This document shows, one piece after another, positions 46,334 to 56,159 of a stretch of DNA of 64,000 nucleotides. The stretch comes from Rhabdothermincola salaria (GTDB taxonomy: Bacteria > Actinomycetota > Acidimicrobiia > Acidimicrobiales > Acidimicrobilacustridaceae). Where the stretch lies: positions 1 to 64,000 of the forward strand of contig NZ_JAJQXW010000002.1 of NCBI RefSeq assembly GCF_021246445.1, given 5' to 3'. Positions within the stretch are counted from its first letter, which is position 1. Every line of letters begins with the position of its first letter. The position numbers were made by a program, and so were the translations under genes. The notes under the pieces are model-generated. The model saw only the letters and a program-made list of their open reading frames with translations. It searched no databases and was not told where the DNA came from.

Positions 46334-47047
46334 ATGCTCGTCAAGGCCTGCCTCAACGGTGCCCGCCGCCGCACCGACCATCCCGGCGTCCCCGTCACCC
46401 CCGAGGAGCTGGCCGCCGCCGGCCGTGCGGTCGTGGCCGCCGGGGCAGGTGCGATCCACATGCACCCTCGAGGCGACGACGGGGCCGAGAGCCTCGACGG
46501 GGCCGCCATCGACCCTGCGGTGGCCGCCGTGCGCGCTGCGGTGGACGTGCCCTTCGGCGTCTCCACCGGGGCCTGGTTCCTGCCCGACCCGGCCGACCGC
46601 CTGGCGGCGATCGCCACCTGGACCGAGCGGCCCGACTTCGCCTCGGTGAACATCCACGAGCCGGGTGCGCTCGACATCGCCGACGCCCTGCTCGCCAAGG
46701 GTGTGGGCGTCGAGGCGGGCCTGTGGCACGGCGAGGCCGCCGCCCTGCTGGTGGAAAGCGGCCTGGCAGAGCGCTGCACCCGCATCCTGCTCGAGCCGCT
46801 GATGCAGGACCTCGACGACGCCCTGGCCGCGGTGGCCGACATGGAGGCGGCCCTCGGCGACGTGGCCCCGGGCGTGCCCCGACTGTTGCACGGCTACCAG
46901 GCCACGGCCTGGGCGGTGGTCGACGTGGCCATCGAGCGGGGCTACGACACCCGCATCGGCATGGAGGACACCGTCACCCTGCCGGACGGCTCACTCGCCA
47001 CCGACAACGCCCAACTGGTCCGCACCGTCGTCGGCCGCATCCGCTGA
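46334..47047 (+). CDS. Beta-keto acid cleavage enzyme (BKACE / DUF849)
   Basis: KACLNGAR, PVTPEEL, AIHMHPR, TRIGMED. Confidence 0.88.
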   Translation: MLVKACLNGARRRTDHPGVPVTPEELAAAGRAVVAAGAGAIHMHPRGDDGAESLDGAAIDPAVAAVRAAVDVPFGVSTGAWFLPDPADRLAAIATWTERPDFASVNIHEPGALDIADALLAKGVGVEAGLWHGEAAALLVESGLAERCTRILLEPLMQDLDDALAAVADMEAALGDVAPGVPRLLHGYQATAWAVVDVAIERGYDTRIGMEDTVTLPDGSLATDNAQLVRTVVGRIR

Positions 47048-47052
47048 GCCGC

Positions 47053-47889
47053 TCAGTGCTGGGGGCCGTCACCGGGTTCGGGGTCGGCCCACTGCGGCTC
47101 GCGCTTCTCGGCGAAGGCGGCCGGGCCCTCGTTCTGGTCGGGGTGGCCCCACATCGACACCAGATCCTTGGCGCCGGCCCGGCAGGCGTCGGTGAGCCCC
47201 ATCTCGAGCGCGCCCCACAGGGCGCGCTTGGAGGCGGCCATGGCCGTCGGTGAGTTCTTGGCGATGGTCTCGGCCAGCTCCTGGGCCCGCTCACGGAGGC
47301 GCTCGGGCGGATCGACGATCTCGCTGATCATTCCCAGCTGCAGGGCCCGCTCGGCGCTCATGCGCTCGTAGCGACCCATGAGGGCCATGCGCATGACCGC
47401 CTCGAACGGCATCTTGCGCAGCAGCCCGATGGCCTCGATGGCGACGACCTGCCCGACCGAGACGTGGGGGTCGAAGAACTGGGCGTCGGAGGCGGCGATG
47501 ACCACGTCGGCGTCGGCCACCCAGTGGAAGGCCCCGCCGGCGCACAACCCGTTGACGGCGGTGATGACCGGCTTCTGCACGCCCTGGTGCCAGGCCGTGA
47601 AGTGCACGTCGAAGTTCTCCATGGAGTCGCGGTAGCGCTCCATGCCCACGCCGTCGGAGGCGATCTCGGAGACGTCGACGCCGGTCTGGAAGGCCCGGCC
47701 GTTGCCGGTGTGCACGATGACGCGCACGGCGGGGTCGCGGTCGAGCTCGAGCCAGGCGTCGGCGAACTCGTCGCGCATGGTGTTGTTCATGGCGTTGAGC
47801 TGGTCGGGCCGGTCGTTGATGAGCCACCCGACGGGCCCGTGGCGCTCGAGCTGCAGGCAGGTGTAGTCGGTGTAGGTGGCGTCGCTCAC
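47053..47889 (-). CDS. Crotonase family, DPH type (copy 2 of a tandem pair)
   Basis: FQTGVD, GGAFHWVADAD, FFDPHV; GTGA overlap. Confidence 0.88.
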   Translation of the reverse strand: MSDATYTDYTCLQLERHGPVGWLINDRPDQLNAMNNTMRDEFADAWLELDRDPAVRVIVHTGNGRAFQTGVDVSEIASDGVGMERYRDSMENFDVHFTAWHQGVQKPVITAVNGLCAGGAFHWVADADVVIAASDAQFFDPHVSVGQVVAIEAIGLLRKMPFEAVMRMALMGRYERMSAERALQLGMISEIVDPPERLRERAQELAETIAKNSPTAMAASKRALWGALEMGLTDACRAGAKDLVSMWGHPDQNEGPAAFAEKREPQWADPEPGDGPQH

Positions 47890-48770
47890 TGCGGGTCTCC
47901 GGTCGGTGCGTCGGTGGGATCGGTGTCGTGCGGGTCGGCGGGGAGCCCGGTGAAGGGCGCCCATCGGGCGGGGCGGCGTTCGGCGAACGCCTGCGGTCCT
48001 TCGTTCTGGTCGGGATGGCCCCACAGCGACACCAGGTCGCGGGCGCCCGCCCGGCAGGCGTCGGTGAGGCCGAGCTCGAGGGCTCGCCACAGCGCCCGCT
48101 TGGACACCGCCATGGCGGCGGGCGAGTTCTGGGCGATGGTCTCGGCCAGCTCCTGGGCGCGCTCCCGGAGGCGCTCGGCGGGGTCGACCACCTCGCTCAC
48201 CACGCCGAGGTCGTGCGCCCGCGCCGCCGTGATGCGCTCGTGGCGACCCACCAGCGCCATGCGCATGATGGCCTCGAAGGGCGCCTTGCGGGCCAGGGCG
48301 ATGGCCTCGTAGGCGGTGACCTGCCCGATGGAGACGTGGGGGTCGAGGAAGGTGGCGTCGGCCGCCGCGATCACGATGTCGGCGTCGGCGACGAAGTGGA
48401 GCCCGCCGCCGGCGCACGCCCCGTTGACGGCGGCGATGACGGGGGTGGCCACGTCGTTGTGCCAGGCCGAGAGCTTGAGCTCGGCCCGCTTGGTGCGGCG
48501 CGACTGCTCGCGCAGGGCCTCGGGGTCGCGGCTGAGCTGCACCACGTCGAGGCCCGTCTGAAAGTTGCGGCCGGCGCCGGTGTTGACGATGACGCGCACG
48601 TCGGGGTCGTCGTCGAGGACGCGCCACGCCCGCTCGAGCTCGGCCAGCATGGTGGCGTCCATGGCGTTGCCGGCGTTCGGGCGGTCGAAGACGAGCCAGC
48701 CGACCGGACCCCGTCGCTCGACGACGAGGGTCTCGAACGGCTGGTCCCCCACGGGAACGGGATCGCTCAC
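47886..48770 (-). CDS. Crotonase family, DPH type (copy 1 of a tandem pair)
   Basis: FQTGLD, GGGLHFVADAD, FLDPHV. Confidence 0.88.
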   Translation of the reverse strand: MSDPVPVGDQPFETLVVERRGPVGWLVFDRPNAGNAMDATMLAELERAWRVLDDDPDVRVIVNTGAGRNFQTGLDVVQLSRDPEALREQSRRTKRAELKLSAWHNDVATPVIAAVNGACAGGGLHFVADADIVIAAADATFLDPHVSIGQVTAYEAIALARKAPFEAIMRMALVGRHERITAARAHDLGVVSEVVDPAERLRERAQELAETIAQNSPAAMAVSKRALWRALELGLTDACRAGARDLVSLWGHPDQNEGPQAFAERRPARWAPFTGLPADPHDTDPTDAPTGDPQ

Positions 48771-48772
48771 CG

Positions 48773-50110
48773 TCAGCTCCGGGGGACGTCGCGCCAGGCG
48801 GCCCCCTGGTAGGGGTCGGGCTCGCGGGGCAGGCCCAGCACCCGCTCGCCGAGGATGTTCTTGTTGACCTCGCTGGTGCCCCCCTCGATGGTGTTGGCCC
48901 GGCTGCGCAACATGCCCTTGACCTCGCGGGGCAACGAGGCGCCGTACACGACGGCGGGATCGTCGTCGGTGCCGTCGGGCACGGTGCCCTCCCAGGCCAT
49001 GGCCTCGGCACCGAGGAGCTCGGTGGCCAGGAGTTGGATCCGCTGGTTGAGCGAACCCTGGTGGACCTTGCCGATGGAGCTCTCCGGCCCTGGGGCCCGA
49101 CCGGCCTTGACGGTGGAGCGGACCCGCTGGTTGGTCCACCCCCGGATGCGCTCCTCGCTCAGCACCCTCATGATCTGGTCGCGCACGACCGGGTCGTCCC
49201 AGCCTCCGGGCCGACCGGCCTCGCTACGCCGCCGGGCCAGCGCCACCAGCGACTCGGCCCCGGACCCGCCGATGCGATCGACGCCACCTGATCCCGAGCC
49301 CGACACCATCTGGCGCTCGCCCGACAGCGTGGCGTTGGCCACCTTCCAGCCGTCGCCGATCTCGCCCACCCGTTGGAAGTCGGGCACCCGGGCGCCGTCG
49401 AGGAACGTCTCGTTGAAGTCGATCTCGCCGGTGATGTGGCGCAGGGCCCGGACCTCGACCCCGGGCTGGTGCAGGTCGACGAGGAAGTAGGTGATGCCCT
49501 TGCGCTTGGGGGCGTCGGGGTCGGTGCGGGCCAGCAGCACGCCGAAGTCGGCGTTGTGGGCCCAGGTGCTCCACACCTTCTGGCCGGTGAGCACCCACTC
49601 GTCGCCGTCGCGTTCGGCCCGGCAGGCCAGCGACGCCAGGTCGGAGCCGGCTCCGGGCTCGCTGAACAGCTGGCACCACACCTCTTCGTTGCGCACCATG
49701 GGCGGGAGGAACCGCAGGCGCTGCTCCTCGGTGCCGTGGGCGAACAACGCGGGAGCAGCCAGGTTGAGGCCGAGGGGGTTGAGCCGGCCCAGGTTGTACG
49801 GGGCCAGCACCGCCTCGACCGCCCGGGCCACCTTCGGGGCCAGGTCGAGGCCGCCGTAGGCGACGGGCCAGGTGGCCACCGCCAGCCCCGAACGGGCGAA
49901 GGTGGGATACCACGACTGGTAGTCGTCGAAGCGACGCACCTCGCGGATGGCGGCCGCTCCGCCACGAGCCGACGCCTCCCGCCACGCCTCGGGCACGTTG
50001 GCCTCCACCCACGCCCGCGCCGCCGCCACGGCGTCGTCGAGCGACAGGCCCGCAGCCATGGCCAGCTCGTCGGTGGACACGCCGGGGGGCGGGTGCATCA
50101 GGTCGCTCAT
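48773..50110 (-). CDS. Acyl-CoA dehydrogenase
   Basis: [27 protein letters not shown]. Confidence 0.92.
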   Translation of the reverse strand: MSDLMHPPPGVSTDELAMAAGLSLDDAVAAARAWVEANVPEAWREASARGGAAAIREVRRFDDYQSWYPTFARSGLAVATWPVAYGGLDLAPKVARAVEAVLAPYNLGRLNPLGLNLAAPALFAHGTEEQRLRFLPPMVRNEEVWCQLFSEPGAGSDLASLACRAERDGDEWVLTGQKVWSTWAHNADFGVLLARTDPDAPKRKGITYFLVDLHQPGVEVRALRHITGEIDFNETFLDGARVPDFQRVGEIGDGWKVANATLSGERQMVSGSGSGGVDRIGGSGAESLVALARRRSEAGRPGGWDDPVVRDQIMRVLSEERIRGWTNQRVRSTVKAGRAPGPESSIGKVHQGSLNQRIQLLATELLGAEAMAWEGTVPDGTDDDPAVVYGASLPREVKGMLRSRANTIEGGTSEVNKNILGERVLGLPREPDPYQGAAWRDVPRS

Positions 50111-50111
50111 G

Positions 50112-50924
50112 TCATCGCCCTCGGTACTGGGGCTCGCGCTTCTCGGTGAACGCCTTCAGCCCTTCCTTGAAGTCGTCGCTGCGCGACGAGAGCTCCATGG
50201 CGAAGGCTTCGTCGTGGAGGTGGTCGTCGAGCGGGCTGGTGCGCCCGCTGTGCATCAGCCACTTGGCCAGACCCAGCGCCACGGTGGGGGCCTGGGCCAG
50301 GCGGCCGATCAGCTCCTCGGCGACCTCGTCGACGTCGTCGGTGGCCGCTGCGGCGTGCACCAGGCCCCAGTCGGCGGCCTCGGCGCCGTCGACCACGCGA
50401 CCGAGCAGGATCATGTCGCGGGCGCGCACGTCGCCGATGCGTCGCGGCAGCATCCACGTGGCGCCGCTGTCGGGCGTGAAGCCCCGACCCACGAACGGTG
50501 CCCAGAAGCGGGCGTCACTGGCGGCCACGGTGAAGTCGGCGGCCACGGCCAGGTTGAGGCCGATGCCGGCGGCCCACCCCCGCACCATGCAGACGACCGG
50601 CACCTGGGTGCGCAGGATCAGGGGGATGAGGCGATGGGCCTGGGAGGGCAGACGCCGCTGGATGCTGCCGGCTCGGGGCCGGGGTGCACCCGCCGCGTTG
50701 CGCGACACGATGTCGAAGCCGGAGCAGAAGTGGTCGCCCTCCCCGGCCAGGACGATCACCCGGACCGCTTCGTCGCGACCGGCGGTGTCGACGGCGTCGA
50801 TGAGCCCGGCCACCACGTCGTCGTCGAGGGCGTTGCGCTTCTCGGGCTTGGCGAAGGTGAGCCGCAGGACGCCGTCGTCGAGCGAGGTCACCAGTCCCGG
50901 GATGTCTGTGTCGTACGCACTCAT
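50112..50924 (-). CDS. Crotonase family (PaaG-like isomerase signature)
   Basis: FCSGFD, GFTPDSG; lacks the two catalytic Glu. Confidence 0.88.
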   Translation of the reverse strand: MSAYDTDIPGLVTSLDDGVLRLTFAKPEKRNALDDDVVAGLIDAVDTAGRDEAVRVIVLAGEGDHFCSGFDIVSRNAAGAPRPRAGSIQRRLPSQAHRLIPLILRTQVPVVCMVRGWAAGIGLNLAVAADFTVAASDARFWAPFVGRGFTPDSGATWMLPRRIGDVRARDMILLGRVVDGAEAADWGLVHAAAATDDVDEVAEELIGRLAQAPTVALGLAKWLMHSGRTSPLDDHLHDEAFAMELSSRSDDFKEGLKAFTEKREPQYRGR

Positions 50925-50966
50925 GTGCACGTGTCTACTGCGCCGTCGCCGACGTGACGCCGGGCA

Positions 50967-52202
50967 TCAGGCGGGCGTGAGGTCGAGACCGAGCAGCTTG
51001 ATCCCGTTGTTGCGGGCGATCTTGTCGATCACGTCCTGCTCGAGGTGGCCGAACTGCATGGCCGCGGCCTCCCGCGAGTGCGGCCAGGTGGAGTCCTGGT
51101 GCGGGTAGTCGGTCTCGAAGGTGACGTTGTCGACGCCGACGCGCTCGATGAGCTCCACCCCGACCGGATCCTTGAAGAAGCAACTGAACACCTGGCGGCG
51201 GTAGTAGAACGACGGCATCTCCTCCAGCTTCAGCTCCCGGCGGGCCCACTGGTGGGTCATCCACACGTCGTCGCAGCGCTCGACCACGTAGGGGATCCAG
51301 CCGATCTGGCACTCGGCGTACATCAGCTTGAGGTTCGGGTAGCGCTCGAGCACCCCGGAGAAGAGGAAGTCGGTGAGGCTGGCGGCGCTGTTGCCGAAGA
51401 TGATGGTGGCGCCCACCACCTCGGGCGCGTCGGGCGAGGTCTGCGGCGTCTTGGTGCCCGACCCGATGTGCATGCACACCACCGTGCCGGTCTCGTCGCA
51501 CGCCCGGAAGAAGGGGTCCCAGTAGCCGGAGTGGATGCTCGGCAGGCCGAGGTAGGCCGGGATCTCGCTGAAGGCCACCGCCCGCACGCCCCGGGCGGCG
51601 TTGCGGCGCACCTCGGCGGCGGCCAGCTCGACGTCCCACAGCGGCACCAGGCACAGCGGGATGAGGCGGCCACCGCTCTCGGCGGCCCACTCCTCGACCT
51701 GCCAGTCGTTGTAGGCCTCGATGCACAGCCGCCCCAGCTCCTTGTCCTGCCCCCACGAGAAGATCTGCCCGGCGAAGCGCGGGTAGTTCGGGTAGCAGAG
51801 CTGGGCCTCGACGCCGTTGATGTCCATGTCGGCCAGGCGGTCGGCCACCGTGAAGCAGCCCGGGCGCATGTCGTCGAAGGTGATGCCCTTCATGGTGACC
51901 TCCTCGACCGGGTAGCCGGAGGCGGCGATGGGCCGCTTGATGGAGGCGCGGTGGTCCTCGTAGAACCACCAGGCCACGTCGGGCCCGCTGGTGCCGGGCG
52001 CCTCCTTGTACACGGCCCCGTCGAGCTCGATGGCGTCGGGGGCCGGGGCCAGCACGATGCGAGGGCCCACGTCGCGGTACTTGGCGGGCAGGCGGCTGGT
52101 CCACAGGTCCGGTGGCTCGACGACGTGGGCATCGAGGTCGACGATGGGCGGGATCCGCTCGAGCAGGGCGTCCGACGCCGTGATCTCCGACTGCTGGGTC
52201 AT
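50967..52202 (-). CDS. Amidohydrolase_2 family protein
   Basis: DLDAHVVEPP, AYNDW, CMHIGS, FETDYPHQD. Confidence 0.9.
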   Translation of the reverse strand: MTQQSEITASDALLERIPPIVDLDAHVVEPPDLWTSRLPAKYRDVGPRIVLAPAPDAIELDGAVYKEAPGTSGPDVAWWFYEDHRASIKRPIAASGYPVEEVTMKGITFDDMRPGCFTVADRLADMDINGVEAQLCYPNYPRFAGQIFSWGQDKELGRLCIEAYNDWQVEEWAAESGGRLIPLCLVPLWDVELAAAEVRRNAARGVRAVAFSEIPAYLGLPSIHSGYWDPFFRACDETGTVVCMHIGSGTKTPQTSPDAPEVVGATIIFGNSAASLTDFLFSGVLERYPNLKLMYAECQIGWIPYVVERCDDVWMTHQWARRELKLEEMPSFYYRRQVFSCFFKDPVGVELIERVGVDNVTFETDYPHQDSTWPHSREAAAMQFGHLEQDVIDKIARNNGIKLLGLDLTPA

Positions 52203-52224
52203 CGCTGGCACCTCACCACTCGAG

Positions 52225-52241
52225 TTGGATGCAATATACGA
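52225..52241. promoter_or_regulatory. 7-3-7 palindromic operator candidate, site E
   Basis: TTGGATG-CAA-TATACGA between the divergent amidohydrolase operon and NIPSNAP gene. Confidence 0.65.
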
Positions 52242-52296
52242 TCCCAGGAGGGGAGCCGTCGACCCGCCGGCACCAGATCGATCTGACGAGGTTGCA

Positions 52297-53034
52297 GTGA
52301 ACGACAAGGTCTACACCCACGAGTTCATCGACATCCGGGGCGCCAACCGGCCCAACTACATGCACCACATGACCGCCAACTGGTCGCCCATCGGCCAGGA
52401 GGAGCGCAACCAGCTCTGCTTCGGCGTGTGGGGCACGGTGGGCACCACCGGCCACTGGCCGCAGGTGGTGAACATGTGGGAGGAGGACGGCTTCGACGGC
52501 CTGGCCGCCGGGCTCGGCCACGAGACCGGGCGCCCCAACCTCCAGGACGTGAAGCTCGAGAAGTGGTGGAAGGAGGCGGCCACCTACCGCAACGGCGGCT
52601 TCGACCGGGTGCTCATCCCCGCGCCGTGGACGCGCACCATCACCGAGCTGTGCGCCGACGGGGTCAAGGGCACCACCTACGCCCACGAGACCTACCGGGT
52701 CGAGCGCGGCGGGGCCGACGACTTCTTGTCGGCCGTGCGCGACGTGGCCGTCGGCGCCGTGGCCCCCTTCGGCCTCGAGCTGGTCGGCGCCCTCAAGACC
52801 TCGATGCGGGCCGACACCGAGTGCATCGTGATCTGGGCCATCCCGTCGTGGCCCCAGTGGGCCGAGCTCGAGAAGGCCGTCTACGCCGACCCGGGCCTGC
52901 GGGCCTGGCGCGACATCCAGTGGGGCGCCGAGGACTTCGAGCGCTTCCTCATGTCCGACGCCCCGCTGTCACCCATGAAGATCGGCCGCCAGCCGGCCCG
53001 CAGCGACCGCCACGAGGGCTGGTCGGACCTGTAG
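52297..53034 (+). CDS. NIPSNAP-like tandem alpha/beta-barrel protein
   Basis: Two repeats of Y-x-HE ... G-x-W/L ... V/IxxW; GAGG SD. Confidence 0.7.
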   Translation: MNDKVYTHEFIDIRGANRPNYMHHMTANWSPIGQEERNQLCFGVWGTVGTTGHWPQVVNMWEEDGFDGLAAGLGHETGRPNLQDVKLEKWWKEAATYRNGGFDRVLIPAPWTRTITELCADGVKGTTYAHETYRVERGGADDFLSAVRDVAVGAVAPFGLELVGALKTSMRADTECIVIWAIPSWPQWAELEKAVYADPGLRAWRDIQWGAEDFERFLMSDAPLSPMKIGRQPARSDRHEGWSDL

Positions 53035-53065
53035 ACGACGCAGGTCGCCGTGCGCGCGACCGGGG

Positions 53066-54832
53066 TCAGCCCCGCTCGCGCTCGCGGCGCACCTTGGCCT
53101 TGCGTCCCTTGATGAGGGCCTTGCCCATGGTGTGCACCACGTCGTCGACCGCCTGGTCGGGCACCTCGACGAGCGAGAAGCGGTCGAAGATCTTGATGGC
53201 GCCGATGTCGGCGCCCCTCAGCTCGGTCTCGCCGGTGAAGGCGCCCACCAGGTCCTGGGGGCGCACACCCGACTCCTTGCCGGCCCCGACGAAGACCGTC
53301 GTCATGTCGCTGCCGGTGTGCTTGTTCTTCTTGTTCTTCTTGCCCTTCTTGGCTGCCTCGTACTCGGCGCGGTTGGCCCAGTTGGTCGTCCCGGTGCCCT
53401 TGTCGCCCTTGCCCGGCTTGTCCCACTTCTTCTTGCCCTCGTAGCCCGACGGCTTGTCGCCCTTGAGGGAGACCTCGGCGATCTCGCGGTCGTCCTCGAC
53501 GGCGCCGGTGGCCTCGTGGGCCAGCTTCACCGCGGCGAGGGCCACCTCCATCACGTCGAACTCGTCGCAGAGCGTCTCGACCACGCTGCGGTAGTGGTCG
53601 AGGTCGTCGGCCACGAGGGTGTCGCGCAGGGTGGCGAGCGTCATCTCGATGCGCTTGTTGCGCAGGTCGGCGACGGTGGGCACCTTCTCGACGCTGACCT
53701 GCTGCTTGGTGAGGCGTTCGATGTTCTTGAGCTGGCGGTGCTCGCGGGGCTCGGCCAGCGTGATGGCCACACCCTCGCGACCGGCCCGACCCACCCGGCC
53801 GATGCGGTGCACGTAGGACTCGGGCGCGGACGGCACGTCGTAGTTCACGACGTGGGTCAGGTGGTCGACGTCGAGGCCGCGGGCCGCCACGTCGGTGGCG
53901 ATGAGCAGGTCGGCGGTGCGGCTGCGCAGGCGTCCCATGACACGGTCGCGCTGCTCCTGGCTCATGCCGCCGTGCAGGCCCTCGGCCCGGTAGCCGCGGC
54001 CGTTGAGGGTCTCGGTGAGCTCGTCCACCTCGCCCCGCGTGCGGCAGAACACGATGGCCGCCCCGGGAGCCTCGACATCGAGGATGCGGCCCAACGCGGC
54101 CGCCTTGTCGGCGCGGCGCACCACGTACGCGGTCTGGCGGACCTTGGGGGCCTCGCCTTCGGCGATGGCCTCCCGGGCGATCTGGATCTTCACCGGATCG
54201 GACATGTGGCGCTTGGCCAGACCGGCGATGCGAGAGGGCAGCGTGGCCGAGAACAGCACGGTCTGGCGAGTGGGGGGCGTGGCACCGAGGATGGCCTCGA
54301 GATCCTCGGCGAAGCCCATGTCGAGCATCTCGTCGGCCTCGTCGAGCACGACCAGGGCCACGTCGTCGAGCACCAGCGAGCGGCGCTTGATGTGGTCGAC
54401 GGCCCGCCCGGGGGTGGCCACCACGACATCGACGCCCCGACCGAGGCCCTGGAGCTGGCGACCGATGGGCTGGCCGCCGTAGACGGGCAGCACCCGCGCC
54501 CCGAGGGCCCGGCCGTACTTGTGCACCGCTTCGGAGACCTGCATGGCCAGCTCGCGGGTGGGCACCAGCACCAGGGCCAACGGAGCGGTGGTGCCCCGGT
54601 CGCCGACGGTGGCCATCCGCTCGAGGATCGGCAGGGCGAACGCCGCCGTCTTGCCGGTACCGGTGGCCGCCTGGCCGAGCAGGTCGCGGCCCTCCATCAG
54701 CGGGGGGATGGCCTCACGCTGGATGGGCGTGGGTTCCTCGTAGCCGAGGGCGGTGAGGGCGGTGAGCAGCTCGTCGGGGAGGCCGAGGTCGGCGAAGGTG
54801 ACCGGAGCGGCGGGGTCAGCGGTGGGGGGCAT
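53066..54832 (-). CDS. deaD: DEAD-box RNA helicase with C-terminal DbpA-type RNA-binding domain
   Basis: Q motif, ATGTGKT, PTRELA, DEAD, SAT, HRIGRVGRAG; C-terminal VRPQDLVGA...IGAIKIFDRFSLVEV. Confidence 0.9.
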   Translation of the reverse strand: MPPTADPAAPVTFADLGLPDELLTALTALGYEEPTPIQREAIPPLMEGRDLLGQAATGTGKTAAFALPILERMATVGDRGTTAPLALVLVPTRELAMQVSEAVHKYGRALGARVLPVYGGQPIGRQLQGLGRGVDVVVATPGRAVDHIKRRSLVLDDVALVVLDEADEMLDMGFAEDLEAILGATPPTRQTVLFSATLPSRIAGLAKRHMSDPVKIQIAREAIAEGEAPKVRQTAYVVRRADKAAALGRILDVEAPGAAIVFCRTRGEVDELTETLNGRGYRAEGLHGGMSQEQRDRVMGRLRSRTADLLIATDVAARGLDVDHLTHVVNYDVPSAPESYVHRIGRVGRAGREGVAITLAEPREHRQLKNIERLTKQQVSVEKVPTVADLRNKRIEMTLATLRDTLVADDLDHYRSVVETLCDEFDVMEVALAAVKLAHEATGAVEDDREIAEVSLKGDKPSGYEGKKKWDKPGKGDKGTGTTNWANRAEYEAAKKGKKNKKNKHTGSDMTTVFVGAGKESGVRPQDLVGAFTGETELRGADIGAIKIFDRFSLVEVPDQAVDDVVHTMGKALIKGRKAKVRRERERG

Positions 54833-54967
54833 GGCTCGATTTCCGTTTCCTGAGCCGAGCGAGGGGGCGCACGGCGACGTTCGAGCCTACGGCAACCAGG
54901 TGCCGGCTCCTCGGGGGTGCGCCCGGCCTTGTAGAAAGGGACGGTTCCGTCACGAGGAGATCCACCC

Positions 54968-56158
54968 GTGCAGCTGCGAGATTCCGAGGCCGACGCCGAC
55001 TTCCGGGCCCGGGCCCGGGCCTGGCTGGCCGATGCCGTGCCCACCCTTGCCCCCGAGCCCGACCCCACCGACTGGCCGGCTCGCCGAACGCGCGACACCC
55101 AGTGGCAGCGCCTCTTGTTCGACGCCGGCTACGCCGGCATCAACTGGCCCGCGGAGTACGGCGGCCGGGGCGCCACCCCCACCGAGCACCTGATCTTCCT
55201 CGAGGAGGCCAACCGGGCCGGCGCCCCCGACGTCGGCGTGGGCTTCGTCGGCCAGATGCACGCCGGCCCCACGCTCATCGCCGAGGGCACCCCCGAGCAG
55301 CAGGACCACCACCTGCGCGGCATCCTCACCGGCGACCACGTGTGGTGCCAGGGCTTCTCCGAGCCCGAGGCCGGCAGCGACCTCGCCAGCCTGCGCACCC
55401 GGGCCGTGCGCGACGGCGACCACTACGTCATCAGCGGCCAGAAGATCTGGACCTCGCACGCCCAGGTGGCCGACTACTGCGAGATGCTCGTGCGCACCGA
55501 TCCCGAGGCCCCCAAGCACAAGGGCATCACCTGGCTCATCGTGCCCATGGACACCCCGGGCATCGAGGTGCGCCCCCTGGTCACCGTGCAGGGCTCGGCC
55601 GAGTTCGCCGAGCTCTTCCTCGACGAGGTGCGGGTGCCGGTGACCAACCGCGTCGGGGCCGAGAACGACGGCTGGCGGGTGGCCAACGTGACCCTCAGCT
55701 TCGAGCGGGGCACCGGGTTCGTGGGCGAGATGCTCGAGACCACCCGCCTGCACGGCGAACTGGTCCGCATCGCCCGCCAGACGCCGCGGGCCTCGGGCAC
55801 GGCGTGGGACGACGTCGGTCTGCGGCGCGAGTTCGGTGCGCTGGCCGCCGAGCTCGACGCCCTGTGGGCCTTCACCAAGCGCAACGTGAGCGCCGGCGAG
55901 CGGGGCGGCATCCCCATCAGCGGCGGCTCCGGGTTCAAGCTCGCCTACGGCGCGCTGGTCCACCGACTCGGCGACCTGGCCCTGCGCGTCCTCGACCGGG
56001 CGTCGCTCAGCTTCGACGACATCGGCGGCCTGCCCACCGGCGCCCAGGTGCACGGCAAGCTGCACGGCTTCGGGGTCTCCACCGGCGGCGGCACGTCACA
56101 GATCCAACAGAACATCCTCGCCGAGCGGGTGCTCGGTCTTCCCCGAGAGGCCCGCTGA
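54968..56158 (+). CDS. Acyl-CoA dehydrogenase, catalytic subunit of a heteromeric pair (FadE17-like)
   Basis: WCQGFSEPEAGSD, LSFERG, GGGTSQIQ. Confidence 0.9.
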   Translation: MQLRDSEADADFRARARAWLADAVPTLAPEPDPTDWPARRTRDTQWQRLLFDAGYAGINWPAEYGGRGATPTEHLIFLEEANRAGAPDVGVGFVGQMHAGPTLIAEGTPEQQDHHLRGILTGDHVWCQGFSEPEAGSDLASLRTRAVRDGDHYVISGQKIWTSHAQVADYCEMLVRTDPEAPKHKGITWLIVPMDTPGIEVRPLVTVQGSAEFAELFLDEVRVPVTNRVGAENDGWRVANVTLSFERGTGFVGEMLETTRLHGELVRIARQTPRASGTAWDDVGLRREFGALAAELDALWAFTKRNVSAGERGGIPISGGSGFKLAYGALVHRLGDLALRVLDRASLSFDDIGGLPTGAQVHGKLHGFGVSTGGGTSQIQQNILAERVLGLPREAR

Positions 56159-56159
56159 C

